From an uncultured Spirochaetota bacterium (GTDB lineage: Bacteria; Spirochaetota; Brevinematia; Brevinematales; JAOACQ01): 64,000 nucleotides of DNA. The notes beneath the pieces are model-generated. The model searched no databases and was not told where the DNA came from. It was given only the letters and a program-made list of their open reading frames with translations. The stretch spans positions 224,001 to 288,000 of the forward strand of contig CAWAOD010000005.1 in NCBI GenBank assembly GCA_963783575.1, written 5' to 3'. The position numbers were made by a program, and so were the translations under genes. This document shows positions 1 through 9,369 of the stretch, in pieces (the stretch's first letter is position 1; each line of letters opens with the position of its first letter).

Positions 1-2
1 AT

Positions 3-329
3 TTAATTGAATCTTATATAGCCGGAAAAAATAGATTTTATCTGATGTTCTCCGCTAAAGCGAATGACAATAATCAACAGGACCTTTGTTATGCTATGGC
101 TGATGATTCCTACCCGCCTATTTGGGTACCGCCATATACCTTCACATACAAAGGCGTTATTATGCCGGGTAAAACTGGTGTAGCGAGCAGTAACTGGACC
201 GATCATGGTTCTATTTGTATGACTTATGCTAATGGTGTTATGAAATATGTTTTATTCTATCATGAAGGTGATCAGACACCGGCAAATGGTCATGCCGGGA
301 AATCTAAGGCATGCATATATGAAGGTTAG
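3..329 (+). CDS. C-terminal part of a GH43-family glycoside hydrolase (5'-truncated by window edge)
   Basis: Frame is open from position 3 (LIESYIAGKNRFYLMF...). YLMF..LCYAMA..YTFTYKGVIM..WTDHGSI..YVLFYH parallels the C-terminus of the downstream GH43 (YCLYF..IAYATA..PYTYQGVIM..SIQASI..WSFYYH). Confidence 0.7.
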   Translation, partial: LIESYIAGKNRFYLMFSAKANDNNQQDLCYAMADDSYPPIWVPPYTFTYKGVIMPGKTGVASSNWTDHGSICMTYANGVMKYVLFYHEGDQTPANGHAGKSKACIYEG

Positions 330-421
330 TGACCCATTTTTTAATACTACTGATGGAACAATAAATGTCCCGATAAATCCTTAAAAGTTGTATCAATAAC
401 CTTTTTATTAACCAACCCGGA

Positions 422-449
422 AGTTCATGCGGTTCCGGACGCATGAACT
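422..449 (+). terminator. Hairpin after first GH43 gene, possible terminator
   Basis: AGTTCATGCG-8nt-CGCATGAACT is a perfect 10-bp stem; no strong U tract. Confidence 0.4.
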
Positions 450-697
450 ATCTACATTGGTGCTTTACATATGGGTGATTTAATATTGCAGCTGAATATG
501 GGAAAGCAAGTGAATAATTTGTATTAATCACTCTTATTTTTATGCTCTTAAAATTATTCGGATAATTGTCTTATTAGATGATTATTTTATGGAAAGTGAT
601 ATATAAGAAAAACCGGATGATTTTTAATAAAAGGCTTTAGTTTAAAAAAGTCATGATCAGGCTATATATTACCACCAATTTCTATAGGAGGAAAGTT

Positions 698-1756
698 ATG
701 AAAAAATCTAGGTTGATTTCGTTTGGCGGTTTTATCTTGATTTTAGCTCTCATAGTAGGGTGCAGTATTTTTAACCAAAGTGTGAGCAACCAGAGTGCGA
801 AAGAATATTCGAATGGAAACATGCGCGCCGGTTCCATAACCACATACGGTAAACCGTTATTTCCTTACCCAAATTCTTCAGACCCGTCGGTAAGGCACTT
901 TTATTATTTACACCCCAAAACCGGCGGCGAGCTTTATCTTTACACTACAAGCGATTTAAACGGCCACGCCTTTCCGATTAGCAATATTTATGTTTATGAT
1001 ACTGTTGATGAGGTCTGGTGGTATTATCTCGGTACTCCGGTGTTGACCGAAACAGATTTCAAATGGTGTTTGCCACAAAAGCACTTATGGGCTCCCGATT
1101 GTTACCAGAATCCTCATAATGGTATCTATTATCTGTTTGTACCCGCAATGGACTCAAACGGAGTGTCGAGAATAGGTATTGCTACAAACAACAACCCCTT
1201 GACCCATTTTACAGCTCTTCCGAATTACCTCCAGGGTATAGAAGGCTATGCCAGCGATCCGGGAATATTCTATGACTATTATAGCGCCAGCGACTACATA
1301 GTTTATAATACCGGCCCTGCTCCCTATGGAACAATTGCCATGGCAGTATTAAGCCTGGATTATCAAAGCGCAACTCAGATTGAATTAACGATAAACGGTG
1401 CTCCTGACACATACATGGAAGGCCCGGCACTGGGTTCATTCGTTGGTAATACCTACTGTTTATACTTCGCAATGTATACCAATGCCCCCTTCAACAAAGA
1501 ATGTATAGCCTATGCGACGGCCGACAAAGTCACAGGCCCCTATACCTATCAAGGTGTGATCATGGATCCGAATGCCAAAGAAGGGTCCATTCAGGCCTCC
1601 ATTATGTGGTGGAACAATCACTGGTCCTTCTACTATCATGATAATCAGGGCTCAAGCCCCGGATACAACAGGAAAGTATGCGCCGAATATCTGACCATTA
1701 ATCCCGATGGCACAATTCCAAAAATTTACAGAACAACATTAGGGCTTACAAATTAA
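698..1756 (+). CDS. GH43 family glycoside hydrolase (xylosidase/arabinofuranosidase-like) lipoprotein
   Basis: AGGAGG RBS before ATG 698; lipobox IVGC; SDP, LWAPD, SDPGIF and MEGP motifs give the GH43 catalytic D/D/E. Confidence 0.85.
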   Translation: MKKSRLISFGGFILILALIVGCSIFNQSVSNQSAKEYSNGNMRAGSITTYGKPLFPYPNSSDPSVRHFYYLHPKTGGELYLYTTSDLNGHAFPISNIYVYDTVDEVWWYYLGTPVLTETDFKWCLPQKHLWAPDCYQNPHNGIYYLFVPAMDSNGVSRIGIATNNNPLTHFTALPNYLQGIEGYASDPGIFYDYYSASDYIVYNTGPAPYGTIAMAVLSLDYQSATQIELTINGAPDTYMEGPALGSFVGNTYCLYFAMYTNAPFNKECIAYATADKVTGPYTYQGVIMDPNAKEGSIQASIMWWNNHWSFYYHDNQGSSPGYNRKVCAEYLTINPDGTIPKIYRTTLGLTN

Positions 1757-1778
1757 GCTCTTATAACCAAATAAATAT

Positions 1779-1812
1779 GCGGCTCTTGCGGTAATGCAAG
1801 CGCCGCTTTTTT
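1779..1812 (+). terminator. Rho-independent terminator
   Basis: GCGGCTCTTGC-GGTAAT-GCAAGCGCCGC followed by T6, just after the GH43 stop. Confidence 0.75.
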
Positions 1813-2160
1813 AAGATCTTTAAACAGGGAATAATGATAACATAGTCTGGCATGTCGGCTAAAAAAGTCAATAAATAACCCTTTCAGCCGCTGCCTATCA
1901 CCTGCCAAATGCTGGCAGGGACATAAAAAAACCATAAAGTACGGATTGATATACGCCGATCCTTTTATAAGCAAGCGTATGAATCCTATGCAATAATGGC
2001 CAATTTTCACATTTCATCTGCTATAAATTGGACAGCGGTTATTACACCAGGCTGCAATCAAAAATTTGATACTGGTATGGACTTTAGCTATACGCTTTTC
2101 TAAATGGCCGTGTACCTTTTTTTATATTTTCTTAAGAAAAATAAATAGCTGGTATTAAGA

Positions 2161-2778
2161 ATGAATGACATTGATTATAATAATTATTTTCCCGGATTAA
2201 ATAGCCTTTTTCTTGTATATGATGAATTGGACAGTTTGATAAATACTTATCATAATGGAACCGGTTTGAATTGCAGCTCCGGGTGTGATAAATGCTGCTT
2301 GAAACCCCAGGAAAATATAGAAGCGTCGGTTTATGAACTTTTACCGTTAGGGATTCATCTATGGCGGAACGGTAAAGCTGATGATATTTTGAAGTCTATA
2401 GATGGTGATAATAATGAATTCTGCTCTTTATACAATCCTTCTCCTGGAAATGAAAAAGGCGGCTGCCGGTATTATTGTTTCAGGCCGCTGGTTTGCAGGC
2501 TATTCGGGATATACGGTTTTTATAATAAATTCGGTGTCCTGAAAACCTCTATCTGTAAATATATTAAACCTGACAATAATGTAAATTCCTTATGTAATAA
2601 AATTGAAAACTTCCCTCCCGTCAATACATATTTTTATCAAAAAATATCATCCCTTAATCCCTATCTAACGGCTAATATGTATCCAATTAACCAGGCAATA
2701 AAGCAGGCAATTGAAAAAACATGGATTTTTAACCGCCTGACTTCTCAAAACAGGAATGAAATATTAACGACAATTTAA
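2161..2778 (+). CDS. YkgJ-family cysteine-cluster (putative Fe-S/Zn) protein
   Basis: CSSGCDKCC ... CSLY ... GCRYYCFRPLVCRLFG pattern. Confidence 0.85.
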   Translation: MNDIDYNNYFPGLNSLFLVYDELDSLINTYHNGTGLNCSSGCDKCCLKPQENIEASVYELLPLGIHLWRNGKADDILKSIDGDNNEFCSLYNPSPGNEKGGCRYYCFRPLVCRLFGIYGFYNKFGVLKTSICKYIKPDNNVNSLCNKIENFPPVNTYFYQKISSLNPYLTANMYPINQAIKQAIEKTWIFNRLTSQNRNEILTTI

Positions 2779-3161
2779 GATTATAATTTTATTATTCGGA
2801 TGCACAACATTATAATATTGGATAAGATGAGACTAAACTAGGCATTTCTTATTGAGATATAATAAATTATAATACAATATGTTAATATTTAAAATATATA
2901 ATCAGATATAATATGATATATAACAGTATAAATATTTTAAATGTTAAATTAATAGGGATTAATCATTAATTTTATCAATATAATATTTGCGTTTTTTTAT
3001 TTTTCATAGTAATCTTTATCAGGGTGGGATTTATCTTTTTCTCTTCTATTCCCGGAATATTTTTTAAACAGTTGTGATGTCTGTCGAATATCTGTCCTTA
3101 ATAGTGTTTTATCAAGAAAGAAGGTTTTTATTGATAAAATTTTTATAGGAGGATCATAGAT

Positions 3162-5045
3162 ATGAACAGGATTGTTTTTGCGGCTGTTTTTCTGGCTTAT
3201 ATTATCTCTGGATGCAGTACAACACCTTCATCAGCATCAAATTCTTCCAGTTCGAGCCAGAATATCTCAAGCTCCGCAAATTCGAGTAGTGCAAATTCGA
3301 GTAGTGCGAATTCTAGCACAGCATCTTCAATCTCGGGGGCTGGCTTTACGGTGGCTTTCATTACAAACAATGGAAGCAGTGTTACAAACCTGACGGTTGC
3401 CAGTAATTCGCTATTGGCGGAACCGGTTCCGCCGTTATATTACTGCCATGCCCTCCAGGGATGGTATAAAGACTCCGCTTTCACCACCACCTGGAATTTT
3501 ACAAGCGATACCGTTATATCCAACGTCACAATTTACGCGAAATGGCTTGTTTCAACACCGGGCCTTGCTTTCACATCTATCAATAACATGAACGCATACA
3601 GCGTTTCATGCGGAACAGCGGGCATTAGTAATTCAATTATCGTTCCGGCATACTGGGCGGGCAGAAAAGTAATGGCGATTGAATCAGTGGGATTTACAAA
3701 CGATATGACGCTTAATAACATTACTCTACCGGACAATATTACGGATATCGGCAGTTACGCTTTTCAAAACTGCTCCAATCTGGCCGGCATCACAATTCCT
3801 GCCGGGGTTACCTATCTTGAAGATTACACTTTCTATAACTGTGTAAGTTTAGCCTATGTTTCAAATTTATCATGGGTAGACTCCATAGGAACATCTGCTT
3901 TTAACGGATGCGGAAATTTAACAAATGTGATACTTTCCGGCACTCTGACGAATATCGGTAATAGCGCCTTCAGCGGATGCAGCAGTCTTACCAATATAAC
4001 CATTCCATCAATGGTCCTAAACATAGGGGATTATCTGTTTGAAGGATGCAGCAAACTTGCCAAAGTTTCAATCATGGGAGCTGTTACAAATATCGGAACC
4101 AGCGTATTTCAAGAATGCAGCAATATTTCTAGCCTGACTATTCCGAACAGCGTTCAAAAAATCGGCGGTGGTTTGTTTTGGGACTGCACTAGCCTTACTA
4201 ATGTGGTTCTTCCCTCCGGCATTTCTGACATAGGTTACGGTACATTTTTTTCATGTAGCAGTCTTATGAATATTTCCATTCCGGCCGGTGTCCAGAGTAT
4301 TGGTATTGACGCGTTCGGCTTATGCATTAGGCTGACTAATGTAGCCATTTCTGGCAGTGCTTTGACCAACATCGGCGAGAACGCGTTTTTAAATTGCAGT
4401 AATCTGATCAATATCATGCTTCCGGCATCTGTTTCAAGTATAGGAGGATATGCATTTGATAAATGTGCAGGCTTAACAAACTTTACCCTACCCGCCAGCC
4501 TTAGAATAATCGGGACCTATGCCTTTAATTACTGCAGTAACATCATCAGTTTATCCATCCCCGGAACTGTTGCAAAAATTGAGGAAATGGCTTTTTTTGG
4601 CTGCTATGGACTTACCAATCTTCAAATCGGTTACGGGGTTTCAGAAATAGGTTCAAATTCATTTTCATTGTGCACCAATATTAAAAATTTAGTCATCCCG
4701 AATTCCGTAATGAGCATCGATTACGAAGCGTTCAACCAATGCATCAGCCTTACCAATCTCCAGCTCAGCACAGTAATTACTAATATTGGCGATAGCGCTT
4801 TCGGTGTCTGCCGCAATATTTCAAACCTGATATTGCCGGCAAGCCTTCGAAGCATGGGGAATTATACCTTTGACGGCTGCGGAGGTCTGACAAATGTTAC
4901 TGTTCTTGCAACCACGCCGCCTGTTATCGGAAGTTCCAACTTTGCTTCCAGCTTCGGTCTAATCTCCATTCATGTACCATCAGGGAGTTTACCGGCATAT
5001 ACAAACGCTCCGGGATGGAACATCTATTCAAACATAATACAATAA
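3162..5045 (+). CDS. BspA-type leucine-rich-repeat surface lipoprotein with one InlB B-repeat-like domain
   Basis: AGGAGG RBS; lipobox ISGC; Ser-rich linker; GWYKD..WNFTSDTV..IYAKW B-repeat; many ~23-aa LTxITIP..IG..AF..C repeats. Confidence 0.9.
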   Translation: MNRIVFAAVFLAYIISGCSTTPSSASNSSSSSQNISSSANSSSANSSSANSSTASSISGAGFTVAFITNNGSSVTNLTVASNSLLAEPVPPLYYCHALQGWYKDSAFTTTWNFTSDTVISNVTIYAKWLVSTPGLAFTSINNMNAYSVSCGTAGISNSIIVPAYWAGRKVMAIESVGFTNDMTLNNITLPDNITDIGSYAFQNCSNLAGITIPAGVTYLEDYTFYNCVSLAYVSNLSWVDSIGTSAFNGCGNLTNVILSGTLTNIGNSAFSGCSSLTNITIPSMVLNIGDYLFEGCSKLAKVSIMGAVTNIGTSVFQECSNISSLTIPNSVQKIGGGLFWDCTSLTNVVLPSGISDIGYGTFFSCSSLMNISIPAGVQSIGIDAFGLCIRLTNVAISGSALTNIGENAFLNCSNLINIMLPASVSSIGGYAFDKCAGLTNFTLPASLRIIGTYAFNYCSNIISLSIPGTVAKIEEMAFFGCYGLTNLQIGYGVSEIGSNSFSLCTNIKNLVIPNSVMSIDYEAFNQCISLTNLQLSTVITNIGDSAFGVCRNISNLILPASLRSMGNYTFDGCGGLTNVTVLATTPPVIGSSNFASSFGLISIHVPSGSLPAYTNAPGWNIYSNIIQ

Positions 5046-5064
5046 TAACGGAAATTATAACCGG

Positions 5065-5093
5065 GGGGCTGTCTTTATGACAGCCCCTTTTTT
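5065..5093 (+). terminator. Rho-independent terminator
   Basis: GGGGCTGTC-TTTAT-GACAGCCCC then T run. Confidence 0.85.
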
Positions 5094-5195
5094 CTATTTG
5101 TACAAGCCGATTTTCTAACAATATTTTTTTTATTTCCGATAAATTTATATACTGCCTTAATCTGATTTTCAATGATTTTTTATAAAGGAATTGAT

Positions 5196-6386
5196 ATGAA
5201 GAAAACCGGATTTATCCTTTTATTATTGATCTCGGGCTCGTTTCTTTATTCACAAGTCGCCACCCGAAACGACCCTCAGGCTTATATTGTATATAAACAG
5301 GGTAATGAAATGTACAAGGTCAAAAAATATGATGACGCGAAGAATTATTATCTTCAGTTAATCAACGAGTACCCGGATTCCAAATTTGTTCCATATTCAA
5401 TCTATATGCTTTCATTTATGGAGACTGATTATATAAAAATCATAGATTATCTAAGTCTTATAAAAGATAAGTATCCTGAATTCAGGTATTGGACAAACTC
5501 GGTTGAAAAACTGGCTGATATTTTTTATGTGATGGGTAATCATGTCGCCGCCATCGATCAATACAAAATGATAAACACAGATAAAGCTTATTATATGCTT
5601 TCCCTGATTTATTCCGCGAACGGATACCAGGATCTTGCGTTATCAAATGTTAACAAGCTTCTTATTCAGACTAAAGATAACAGCCTTGCTTATAAGGGAT
5701 TTATAATCGAATCCAAAATTTACCTTGATACAAAAAAATATACGGAAGTTTATCCGATCCTTCAGCAGGCTTTGAAATTACGTAAATGGGCATTTGACAA
5801 TGGGTCGAGAATACTTTTTTATGCGGGGAAATACTATTTTTACAGGAACGAGATTGAGAACCATTTTGAAAAATCACTGTATATATTTTCACTTCTGAAG
5901 ACTAAATTCCCCCTTTCGGTTGAGGCATCGCTGGTAAATCCTTATATTGATTATTTTAATAAGAATAATATTGTAAAAATTGATTATGTCCGCTGGATTA
6001 ATGATGAATTTGCCGCACCAGCTGAGGTGCCGTATCAAAATCAGACGGTAAGCGTACTTGATGAACTGGAGAATAAAGCGGAAAAAGTTTCCTCTGCTGC
6101 GGAGGGAGCCGAGGGTAATATGATAAAAGCCGGCATTCTTGAATATGCTGTCCGAATCGGCGAATATAAAGATTTAAGCGTCGCCAATCTTGTAGCCAAA
6201 GACATTGTTCGCAGCGGTTACAATTTCCCACTCGGTATTTATTATCGCAATGATATGTATTATGCCGAAATCAGGGGGATCAATAAGGTTGATGAAGCTA
6301 AAGATATTGCAAAAAAAATGATCGCTATGGGCTATACTGATACAAAAGTGATTGAATTTACCAAGGTTGTGGAATATAATAAATAG
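5196..6386 (+). CDS. Exported TPR protein with C-terminal SPOR-like domain
   Basis: Signal peptide MKKTGF...; YKQG..Y..KKYDDAKNYY..LINEYPDSKF (BamD/YbgF-like TPR); C-terminal YAVRIGEY..A....Y.....G....EA pattern. ORF track start is 5172. Confidence 0.65.
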   Translation: MKKTGFILLLLISGSFLYSQVATRNDPQAYIVYKQGNEMYKVKKYDDAKNYYLQLINEYPDSKFVPYSIYMLSFMETDYIKIIDYLSLIKDKYPEFRYWTNSVEKLADIFYVMGNHVAAIDQYKMINTDKAYYMLSLIYSANGYQDLALSNVNKLLIQTKDNSLAYKGFIIESKIYLDTKKYTEVYPILQQALKLRKWAFDNGSRILFYAGKYYFYRNEIENHFEKSLYIFSLLKTKFPLSVEASLVNPYIDYFNKNNIVKIDYVRWINDEFAAPAEVPYQNQTVSVLDELENKAEKVSSAAEGAEGNMIKAGILEYAVRIGEYKDLSVANLVAKDIVRSGYNFPLGIYYRNDMYYAEIRGINKVDEAKDIAKKMIAMGYTDTKVIEFTKVVEYNK

Positions 6387-6397
6387 AAGCGGTCAAA

Positions 6398-7144
6398 TTA
6401 TCCGATGTCATTTATTAATGACAACGATGACAATTCTTTTCCAGTATGATCCGTGATTATAATTGCTATTAATTTCATAAGATCGGCTAAAACAGAATCG
6501 GAAAGCTTTTTACTTTCCAATTGTTCAGGATCGCTCATTTCCTCAATATCATACAAAAAACGCATTGTACCGCTACCAAGCTTTAACCTGAATTTTTCAT
6601 AACCGGTTCTATAATGATTTTGCGGATTGTTATTTTCGAGTCTTTGATAATATGGAAGAATCCCTTCATTTTTAATAATTTTCAGGGAAAGATAAAAAAC
6701 ATATTTTTTAAAATCTTCGCATTTTTCCATTTTGTCCATTACGGATAATAGTTTTCCAAATAATGTAAAGTTCGATTCATTAATCAGCAATTTATCAATA
6801 ATTTCAAAGATAAGATATAAATATGAGATTTTATCCAGACGGGAAGTGATTGATGTGTATGATTTGACTATGTTTACTTCTTTTAAAGAAAAGTAATTTA
6901 AATCATTGTTCCTGTACAGAATTCCCGAAACAAGATTTGATATGATTAGCGAGCTTCTCTTTCTGCTGTTTTCTTTATTCGAACCGAATGACGAAAACTC
7001 GATTTTTCCTTTTTCCCTGTCAATTGCCGTAAGGACTGCATTCCCCTCACCGAAGTCATTTTTTTTGATAATTATTCCGAAAAGAGGGATAAACCGGCTG
7101 TTTACCGGTAGTGGATTCCTTATACTTCCATTATGACCGGTCAT
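6398..7144 (-). CDS. recO: DNA repair protein RecO
   Basis: GIIIKKNDFGEGNAVLT..REKGKI OB-fold N-terminus followed by a helical domain; typical size. Confidence 0.75.
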   Translation of the reverse strand: MTGHNGSIRNPLPVNSRFIPLFGIIIKKNDFGEGNAVLTAIDREKGKIEFSSFGSNKENSRKRSSLIISNLVSGILYRNNDLNYFSLKEVNIVKSYTSITSRLDKISYLYLIFEIIDKLLINESNFTLFGKLLSVMDKMEKCEDFKKYVFYLSLKIIKNEGILPYYQRLENNNPQNHYRTGYEKFRLKLGSGTMRFLYDIEEMSDPEQLESKKLSDSVLADLMKLIAIIITDHTGKELSSLSLINDIG

Positions 7145-7710
7145 TTTTCCCTTATTTCATAACTGATTTTTTCGACAATCTCATAATTTTTTAAATGTCC
7201 CCTTTTATCATAAAATTCTTTTACAATTGCAAAATTTCCTGCTCCTATATAATAGATCTTTCTGAATCTTCCGAGTTTTGAATAGTATTCTCTGGAAAGT
7301 TCGCGGATAACACAGTCAAAATGAACAGGCGAACCGGAAATTTTATGATGTACGGAAGTATATTGGTTACGTATAGGCATATTACAGATTTCACAGACAA
7401 AAATACCGCCCGCAATATTTTGATTTCCGCTTAATTCCTTTGTCGCTATTGATGAATTTACGTTTGCCTGATCCTTATTAATGCTGGCTTCCCCGTTAAA
7501 GATTATTTCTTCAGGTATAGGCGAATTAATTTCACTATCTTCAAAATCAGAAACGGGTCCGTTAAAGTCATTCTCCGCATGATTAACTATTGAATTATCA
7601 TCATTCTGATTACCAGACTGAAAATTTTGCGGCATGGGATTTACATCGTTTGGCCCTCTTTTATAATGAGGTTTTGTATTAAACCATTTTTTCTTTTTTT
7701 TATTAAACAT
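7141..7710 (-). CDS. Hypothetical protein with CxxC...HFDC putative Zn-binding domain
   Basis: GGAGG RBS; disordered N-terminus; CEIC..HFDC..IYYIGAGNFAIV; overlaps the recO start (ATGA). Confidence 0.7.
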   Translation of the reverse strand: MFNKKKKKWFNTKPHYKRGPNDVNPMPQNFQSGNQNDDNSIVNHAENDFNGPVSDFEDSEINSPIPEEIIFNGEASINKDQANVNSSIATKELSGNQNIAGGIFVCEICNMPIRNQYTSVHHKISGSPVHFDCVIRELSREYYSKLGRFRKIYYIGAGNFAIVKEFYDKRGHLKNYEIVEKISYEIREK

Positions 7711-7927
7711 AACAACCTCCTGTAAAAATGTGTAAACCTATTTTAAAAACAAAGGATTTTTATGTGCTACATTGTCAATTTATTAAATATTATTTTATAA
7801 TAATATTTAATAAATTGATAATATTTAAATACAAACAAAAATTAAAATAATTAAATTTAATTTATAACCAAACTGATGATTTTTTATATTGTTTTTATTT
7901 GATAACAAGTGATTTCCTTGCATATGC

Positions 7928-8006
7928 TCAGCCGAAAGTCGGTTAGCCGGTTAGTCGTTAAAATAAAATATTGCTTAACTAAAAAACTAACAAACTAACT
8001 GACTGA
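7928..8006. repeat. Imperfect palindrome built of ~8-nt units (REP-like)
   Basis: Left arm (g)TTAGCCGG/TTAGTCG/TTAA, right arm TTAA/CTAAAAAA/CTAACAAA/CTAACTGA/CTGA. Confidence 0.5.
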
Positions 8007-8127
8007 TAATACAAGGCTTTAGACATTGGTGATTGAATAAATTTTGTGAAAATTGCTCAGTTTAGGTTATATTTTAACCGATATTTTCTTATGATATCAA
8101 ATGTTATCAATATGTGAGGTAAATAAT

Positions 8128-9357
8128 ATGCCGGTACCTATCGAAAGGGATCTAAAAAAAATAAAACAGTTGCTGCAGATTACAGAGAATCTGAATCATA
8201 TCAAGGATATAGATTCGTTGCTGGATAATATTTTATTAGAAGCCAGGCTTTTTACAAAAGCCGATGCGGGTACAATATATCTTATTGAGGGCAATAAGCT
8301 TAAATACAGTTATGTTCAGAACGATTCGCTTGCTAAAACGGATGAGGCCAATAATAAATACATCTATTCCATTTTTGAGCTTGAGATCAATGATAAAACA
8401 ATGGCGGGATACGTTGCTTCAACCGGGCAGTCTCTCCTGATTGATGATGTTTATCATATTGAAAAAAATGAATCCTATTCCTTTAACTCGACATTTGATT
8501 CCATTTCATCCTACCGGACAAAATCGGCCTTAACGGTACCGCTGGTAACAAGCCGGCAGAATATTATCGGTGTTATGCAGATCATTAATGCTAAAGACAG
8601 CAAGGGAAATATCGTTTCTTTTACTGATGACGATAAAATTTATGTAACCTTTTTTGCGAACAATGCTTCAGTTGCTATAGAAAGGGCTAAAATGACCCGT
8701 GAAATAGTTCTCAGGATGATTAAAATGACGGAACTGCGCGATCCAAAAGAAACAGGCAATCATGTAAACAGGGTTGGAAGCTACAGCATTGAAATTTATG
8801 AAAAATGGGCAAAAAATAAAGGAATACCTATGCTGGAAATAAAGAAGATGAAAGATAACTTAAGAATTGCCGCAATGTTGCATGATGCCGGTAAGATTGC
8901 GATTTCAGACCTGATACTTAAAAAGCCTGCAAAACTTAATGATGAAGAGTTTGAAACAATGAAGCTGCATACTATTTTCGGGGCAAAATTATTTGAGAAT
9001 GCGGTTTCAGATTGGGACGCCCTGTCGGCTGAAATAGCGCTCCATCATCATGAAAAATGGGATGGCAGCGGTTACATGGGAAAAATAAAAAACATGAATC
9101 CCGATAAAATTAAGCCTGGAAAGGGAAGAAAAGGTGAGGAGATTCCAATCAGCGGCAGGATTGTTGCTCTTGCCGATGTTTATGACGCCTTGATTTCCAG
9201 AAGAGTGTATAAAGAGGCCTGGGATGAGGCTGACGTTTTGAAATACATTAATGATCAGTCAGGAAAGCATTTTGATCCGGAAGTTGTTAAAGCATTTTTT
9301 TCCATATATGATGTAATAAAAGCAATCCGTACGAAATATGCGGAACAAAATAATTGA
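8128..9357 (+). CDS. GAF + HD-GYP c-di-GMP phosphodiesterase
   Basis: GAF (ADAGTIYL, SFNSTFDSISSYRTKS..GVMQIIN); ETGNHVNRV, LHDAGK, HHHEKWDGSGY, RIVALADVYDAL, GKHFDP. GAGG RBS before 8128; track start is 8101. Confidence 0.9.
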   Translation: MPVPIERDLKKIKQLLQITENLNHIKDIDSLLDNILLEARLFTKADAGTIYLIEGNKLKYSYVQNDSLAKTDEANNKYIYSIFELEINDKTMAGYVASTGQSLLIDDVYHIEKNESYSFNSTFDSISSYRTKSALTVPLVTSRQNIIGVMQIINAKDSKGNIVSFTDDDKIYVTFFANNASVAIERAKMTREIVLRMIKMTELRDPKETGNHVNRVGSYSIEIYEKWAKNKGIPMLEIKKMKDNLRIAAMLHDAGKIAISDLILKKPAKLNDEEFETMKLHTIFGAKLFENAVSDWDALSAEIALHHHEKWDGSGYMGKIKNMNPDKIKPGKGRKGEEIPISGRIVALADVYDALISRRVYKEAWDEADVLKYINDQSGKHFDPEVVKAFFSIYDVIKAIRTKYAEQNN

Positions 9358-9369
9358 TAAGGACTATTT

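Noticed and set aside
1753..2010. 85-aa minus-strand ORF
   Set aside because: It has no RBS or recognisable motif and runs across the GH43 terminator; probably spurious.
3230..3335. 15-bp GCAAATTCGAGTAGT tandem repeat
   Set aside because: It encodes the ordinary Ser-rich lipoprotein linker (ANSSS)n.
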